From NCBI RefSeq assembly GCF_009914755.1, contig NC_060927.1: a stretch of DNA of 64,000 nucleotides. One strand, written 5' to 3'. The DNA comes from the human T2T-CHM13v2.0 reference genome, Homo sapiens. The first letter of the stretch is position 1; the number at the start of each line of letters is the position of its first letter. Shown one piece after another: positions 58,274-64,000 of this stretch. The notes beneath the pieces are model-generated. The model made no database searches, was not told the DNA's origin, and saw nothing but the letters and a program-made list of their open reading frames with translations. The position numbers and the translations under genes were made by a program.

Positions 58274-60792
58274 GGGAGCCAATTGAAGGGGGTGGTGGCA
58301 GGTGGAGAATATTCCAGGGGGAGGAAATAGCATGCACAAAGGCTGGAAGCAGGAACAGCAAGAGGTTCATCTCCACTAGAAGATGTCCCCTTCTGGGAGA
58401 TGCCCCCAGACTACCTTACCTGTTGGAACTGGGTGTCCCTGACTCTCTGCCCCTCCAGCCTGTGCACTCCAGGAGGACAGCCCTGACTGGACACTCCCTC
58501 CCAAGCCTCCCCAGCTGTTGCCAGCCCTTCTCTTCCATTTCCCCTGCCCCACCCAGGTAACCTACAGGTGCATCGCAGTCCCTTCAGAAAGGGAGCTCCG
58601 GGCTCCTTCCCACAACATGCTGCTTTCCTCGGGCTGGCATGGGTGGGAGCCCAGCTGGTGTCAGGGATGGGAGGGGGTCAAAACCCAAAGGTCTCCTGAC
58701 CTCTCAGGCCTGGGGTAGTTGAGAGCAGGGACTCTCAAGGCAGCCAGACCTGTGCCCAGACCCCAGTGGGGCCCCTTCCTGACACATGGCTTTGCAGTTC
58801 TCTGTCTTGGCTTCCTCATCTGTCCATGTGGGATAATCCAGCACCCCCTCCGAGAGCTGCTGGGGAGATTAAGTGAGTTTATCATGTAAAGCCTGCAGGA
58901 CACCTGGCCCAGCACAAGGGCCATGGCTGTGTGTTATTATTATGGCTCTTACTGCAATTTGAACTGCCAGGTGACCGACTACATCGGAACAGATCCCAGG
59001 CAGGGCCAGGCATGAGGGGCAGCCATGGCAGGACCTCACGCCGAGGAATGATTCAGCCCCCAGAGCTGTCCTGGGCCCCTGCCGTGTTCCTGGCACTGCC
59101 AACACGTGGCTTCTCTAAATCAGCAACAGTAATAGCTGAACGTAAAAGACAAACAACTCTGCTTTCCTTTCAGAAGCCAGTCTGGAAAAATGGAAGCAGA
59201 GGTGTTTGTCCCAGAAATGCCACTTCTGGGCATGAGGCCCAGGGAAAGAATCTGAGATGCAGAAGAACCACACCCAGACTCCCTGCCCAGAGGTGCTGGT
59301 GAGACCACCTGAGTCCCAGCAACCGGGGAGGGACAGTGGTATCCAGCCTGCCTCTCTCCCAGCGGCTAGGGAATAGGGCTGCAGGGGCCTGGTGCCAGTG
59401 GTCTGGGGAGAAGTGTGAGCTGGGCCTTTGCTCCTGTAGTTCCTCCACCGGGAGCCTCATCCCAAGCCCCCATGCTAGGTTCTGTGGGGTGAGGAGAGAA
59501 CTAGGTTTGGGGCATGCGAATTGGGGGACCAGAGGCAGGCTCAAAGGGGTGTGGTGCTGAATCTGAGGGCCAGATACCTCAGGGTCATTATTCTATCTCT
59601 CATCAGTGGAAACAGGGAATTGGAGAACTGAACGGGGGAGGAGGCTTGTCCGAGATCACACAGCAAATTGACAATAGTTGGGCCGGAGAGGTGCCCCTCA
59701 GCAGGGGTGGGGATGCCACAGCTAAATGAACTCACCTGGGCTCCTGTTCCAGAGGTCTAGGTGGGCAACAGGCCCTTCATCCTGCTCTCTCCTCTTGAAT
59801 TGGCAATTCTTATCCCCACTGTACAGATGAGGAAACGGAGGCTCTGAGATGGGCCGTCAGGGCTGTGCTGTCCTGGGGGACTTCCAGGACGCTTAAGGAT
59901 CTTGGGGCCCCTTGGCTCTCCCTGGGCGCCTAGCATGTGGTGGCACAATGAGGGTGAGGCAAGCTTCCCTCAGGGGAGGTGAGTGGGGGCTCGGGGTCCC
60001 GTGGGCCCACGCATGCCCGGGCTAAGCTTAATCCTTCTGCGAGGCACAGCGGCTGGCTTTCAGGCTGTGGATGTGGCATCAGACAAGCTGGGACCCTCTG
60101 TTCACACCATGGGTCTTGATTCCCATGGGGCCCAAGTCCTGCTGGTCTGCAGATGTGTCCTTCCCACACCCTCTCCAGCACTCCTGACCCACCCTCAACT
60201 ACTGTCCTGGCCTCCTCCCTGTCCCCTGGCCTGCGCGCTTGCCTTTCAGGCCGCTCTCACTCACCAACTAGATCTTCATTGTGACAGCCAGACCCCATCA
60301 GCCCTGTGCCTGATGCCCTCTAGGGGCTCCCCTGTCCCCTAAAGAGGCTCCTCCCTGGCCCATGACGCCCTGTGGAAAGGCACTGCAGCTTCTCCTCTGC
60401 CTGCAGCCCTGAGGCCAGAGGAGGAGTTGAAGGCATGGAGGGAGGCGTGTGGAGACCCCACACATGCACGGAAGCTACACGGCAGACAATGGCCCCTGGA
60501 AGTGTGCGATAGGACAGCCCTGGGAAGGGGGCTGGCTGCCTGGGCAAAGAGAGGTTCTAGCAAGGGGCCGGAGTCTGTGTCACGGTCACCTGTGGGGGCT
60601 CATCTGACCCAGCCAGAGACAATGGGGCCAAGGCCTCTAAGAGTTGCTAATGATAGTCTTTAATGACCATGCCTGGAAAGGGATGACTTCACCCAGGACA
60701 CACCCTGATGAGAGGAGGCTACAGTCACAGGCAGGCGGCTCCTCCATTGCTATGAGACCTGCATGGGCTTGTCTAGTCAGAGGATGGCAAAG

Positions 60793-60794
<2 letters not shown>

Positions 60795-60830
<36 letters not shown>
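60795..60830 (+). repeat. (GT)18 microsatellite
   Basis: Seen directly. Confidence 0.97.
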
Positions 60831-60831
<1 letters not shown>

Positions 60832-63819
60832 TGGTCCCTCACAGAGCCAGGGCCTAGTGAAAAGCCTCAGGGCAGCAGGGTGGGGGGCCCAGCTTCTACC
60901 TTGCCTCACTCTATGACACCCCTCTGCAAACCTCACCTTCCCCATCAGCACAGGGCTGGGAAGCAGAGTGATTCCCGAGCCTTCCCAGGGCTCTCAGGTC
61001 GGCTGGGTCTCAGGAGTCAGGTGAGAGCACTGTGTCCTGGTGGGGCCCAAAGAAAGCAGGGGAAAAGATGTCAAGGATCAGGACCTGAACACCCTCCATC
61101 GGGGCACCCAGAGGTTAACATGCTACTGTGCTCCCTACAGAGAAAGCTGGCTCCCATATCAGGCCCTCTGGCTTCTGCCAAGGATCTGGGGGTAGGTGTT
61201 GGTGTCCCAGACACATCCATTCTGACACAGAGGGAGGTACAGTGCAGTCATGCTGTTGGCCCAGGTGCACAGCACATGGGCAGTAGCAGGGAGGGGCAGG
61301 CTCCAGTGCAGGCTTGCCACCTACCCCCACCCTGGTCCATTCATGAGGAATGACTTTCCTCTGGGGAGGGGCCCTGTGGGGGTGGCAGGCAGAGCAGGGC
61401 CCTCTCCTGAGGGCTCCCTCTGCCCCCAGGCTCAGAGCGGGACCACCCTAGGGAAATGTTCATCTCTCCTGCGGTCTTGTCGGAACCCCTTCAAGGTCAT
61501 CGCTCCACAGCACTCCAAGTGCTTCCTCGTATCCAGCCTTAGTCAGTCCTCATGTTGCACTTGATTCATTTATCAGAGGACAAGTTGAGGGCCCCATTAT
61601 CCTGCCACCCAGTGTGACATCACCGAGCTTCCCTCGGGCATGTTCCCTCCCTGGGACTGCCCAGCCGGCACAGGAAATGGCTGCTGGATGAATGTGCAAG
61701 TGAGTAAGTGTCTTGGATCCTCCTCCCATGGGAACACTAAGCGGCTAAGGAGTGGACCAGCTCCCCGGGGTCCAGGCTGAAACGGAGGCAGAAACAGGGA
61801 CCAAGGAGGCAAACAGGCTCAAGAGAGCAACAGGACTGGGGACAGAGATAAAGCAGGCGCACCCCCAGAGAGCCAAGTGTCCAAGAGCTCAGGACGGCTG
61901 CGCTGAGGGCCTCAGCCACAGATGGCCTGAAGCAAGCAGGGCCCGCTGGGGAGAGCATGGCAGAAACGGGGTGGGATAGGAGGAGCTCAGGACACGGGGC
62001 CATGAGATGGGAGCCCAAAACCCGGGGGTGGGGGACCACAGTCCAGTAAGCGTGGCCCGGCCCAAGGTCACAGAGCAAGGACCCAGGGCCCCAGCCTCTC
62101 AGCCATGACCTGGCCCTCTGTCCCCCAGCAGGGAACCTTAGCCAGGCCCAGTGCTGAGGTAGGAATTTCTACAGGTAAGGAGGACACAGACGGTCAGAGA
62201 GACCACTGGCCCCAGAGTGCACAGGGGTAAGTGGCGGGGCTGGCCCTCTTCAGGCAGTCCCAGTCCTCCGTCTGAAGAGCCGGCTCAGGAGGCGGCTGCC
62301 ACTCCCACCCCCACCCCGTCCTGTGCTTGGGCACGCTGGCACTGCCAGGCACTTACTCGGTTTGTCGAGGGCCCAGCCCCCAGCCCAGCACCCGCGGGCT
62401 TCCCCAGGCCTGGGCGAGGGCAGCAGGAGGGAACAAAGGCCCAGTCTCTGCCTGCTCAGGCCCCCACCCCCTTTGCCTGCCCCTGGCACAGAAGGAACAG
62501 GGCCCTGAGGGAGCCCAGGAGCAACAGCAGCACCGCCCCCTTGTCGAGGATGCAGCAAGAAGCCCCCTCCTACCCACAGAGGCCTGCCGGCTGAGCGGCA
62601 GGATTCTTCCATGCTCCACATGGGAGTGTTAGGGGGTAGAACTGAGGGACTGCAGTCACACAGCTGAGATTTGCACCCAGGCCCCACAGTGGGCAGAAAC
62701 TGCCCTCTACCCCTCTCCACAGGCTGCGCATGATGGTTGTGACTGCGTTCTGGTGCAGACTAACTGAAGAGCAGAGATGAGGGAGAGAAGAGAAGGAGAG
62801 CCTTGGGCACCCCAACAGAGCAAGTCCCAGGCTGAGCCGCCCTCACCCTCTCGGCCCTACCTACCTACCTTCCACCTGGATCCAGCTCAGTGCTGATCAC
62901 ACAGTTTGCTGAAGGGATAGAGCTGGGGAATGTCAGAAATGGGGAAACTGAGTCAGCTTCCAGGCCTCTTAAGTCCTTGACTGGGGCTCACCTGATCCAG
63001 CCAGAGGCAAGGGAGACCTAAGCCACTCTGGAGCCTCCATTTCCTGATCTGTAACTCGGGGCTTGTTGTCCACTGGGGCCTCACTTCCCCAGACTGTGGC
63101 CCCCATCCTTCTCCAGACCTCCTCCCTGCTCTAGCCCAGGGCCTCGCTTAGACCCCCACCCCCAGGGGAGCCTTGACAGAGGCCCATGCCCACCCTTCCT
63201 TGTACACGCCTGAGCACGGCTGATTCCTCCCTGTGAGCCCAGGCCAATAATGTGCTCTTCATGCCACAAAGCTGAAAAGCACTCAGGAACCAGGTGCAAT
63301 CGGCCTAAGGGACCTGTCCAAGGCCACCCAGCCCTTAAGAAGCAAAGAAGGGCTGACCTGTCACTACCCACTGATATCTCAGGACCTGCAGGGGCAGGGT
63401 TAAATGCACATTCCCCTCTCACCCACACGGCAGCAAGAGAAAGAGTTAGGGTCCTGGGGGCTGCAATCTGGGCAATGCCTAAGCAGACAGCCTCAGACAA
63501 TGAAGGGCGAGTCAGGACTCAGTTGTGTCAACTTGGTATATACAACCTCTCCAAGCCTTGATTTCAGCAGAAGCCCACAGAGAAAGCCCTGATGCCTCTG
63601 CCTGCCAGTGCCTAAGGGCTGGGGAAATGCCACCTGCCCCAGCTTCATCCAGAAACTGTGGCTGCTCCCTCCCATCTGCGGGGCACCTTGATTAGTCTAA
63701 GTGGCCAGCAGACCCCAAGCAGAACCAGGCCAGTGCCTCACACAGAGCAGGCACTAGGATGCCTGTCGACAGCACTCCTTCCCCTCCTTCCCAGGCCCCA
63801 AGCCCTTATCGGACACGAC

Positions 63820-64000
63820 TCATTTTAAAGAAAAAATAATATTTATTTGCAATATAAACAAAGTCCCGTTGTTGGTTCGGGATATATATATATATGTATG
63901 TGTGTGTATATATATACGTAGGGTCACAAATCTTCCTTCATAAGATCATAAAGCAAAACTGGCCACCTTCTGGCATACCCTCATTTACACAAATCTGGTA
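63820..64000 (-). other. DUSP7: 3' UTR end of a minus-strand gene, probably DUSP7; AATAAA at 63842-63847
   Basis: Abrupt switch to AT-rich UTR-like sequence, TTTATT, T-rich tract downstream on -; gene name inferred from known ACY1-RPL29-DUSP7 order, no coding sequence in the window. Confidence 0.7.

Overview
Human genomic DNA (Alu-rich, GC-rich, spliced genes), recognisable as the 3p21 ACY1-RPL29-DUSP7 interval. 127-3995 (+) holds the last 13 coding exons of aminoacylase-1 (ACY1); the start codon is upstream of the window. 8560-10828 (-) holds the complete 4-exon ribosomal protein gene RPL29, convergent with ACY1. A solo LTR12C nested in an Alu lies between them. About 11-63.8 kb is a non-coding interval with ~25 Alus, an MLT1 LTR, L2/MIR/L1 relics, simple repeats, a 54-bp minisatellite and several enhancer/insulator-like motif clusters. 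It ends in a minus-strand poly(A) signal that is probably the DUSP7 3' end (inferred from gene order). Nearly all ORFs in the six-frame track are spurious. The best leads are: a splice-assembled 43-codon overlapping upstream ORF in RPL29 that would escape NMD; an RPL29 allele with an apparent extra Ala-Lys repeat (161 aa); a TSD-flanked retrocopy of an mRNA 3' UTR; the LTR12C promoter pointing antisense at RPL29; a tandem CTCF pair; and two homeodomain-site clusters. I found no evidence for a wholly new multi-gene system. Repeat boundaries and subfamily calls are by eye and approximate.
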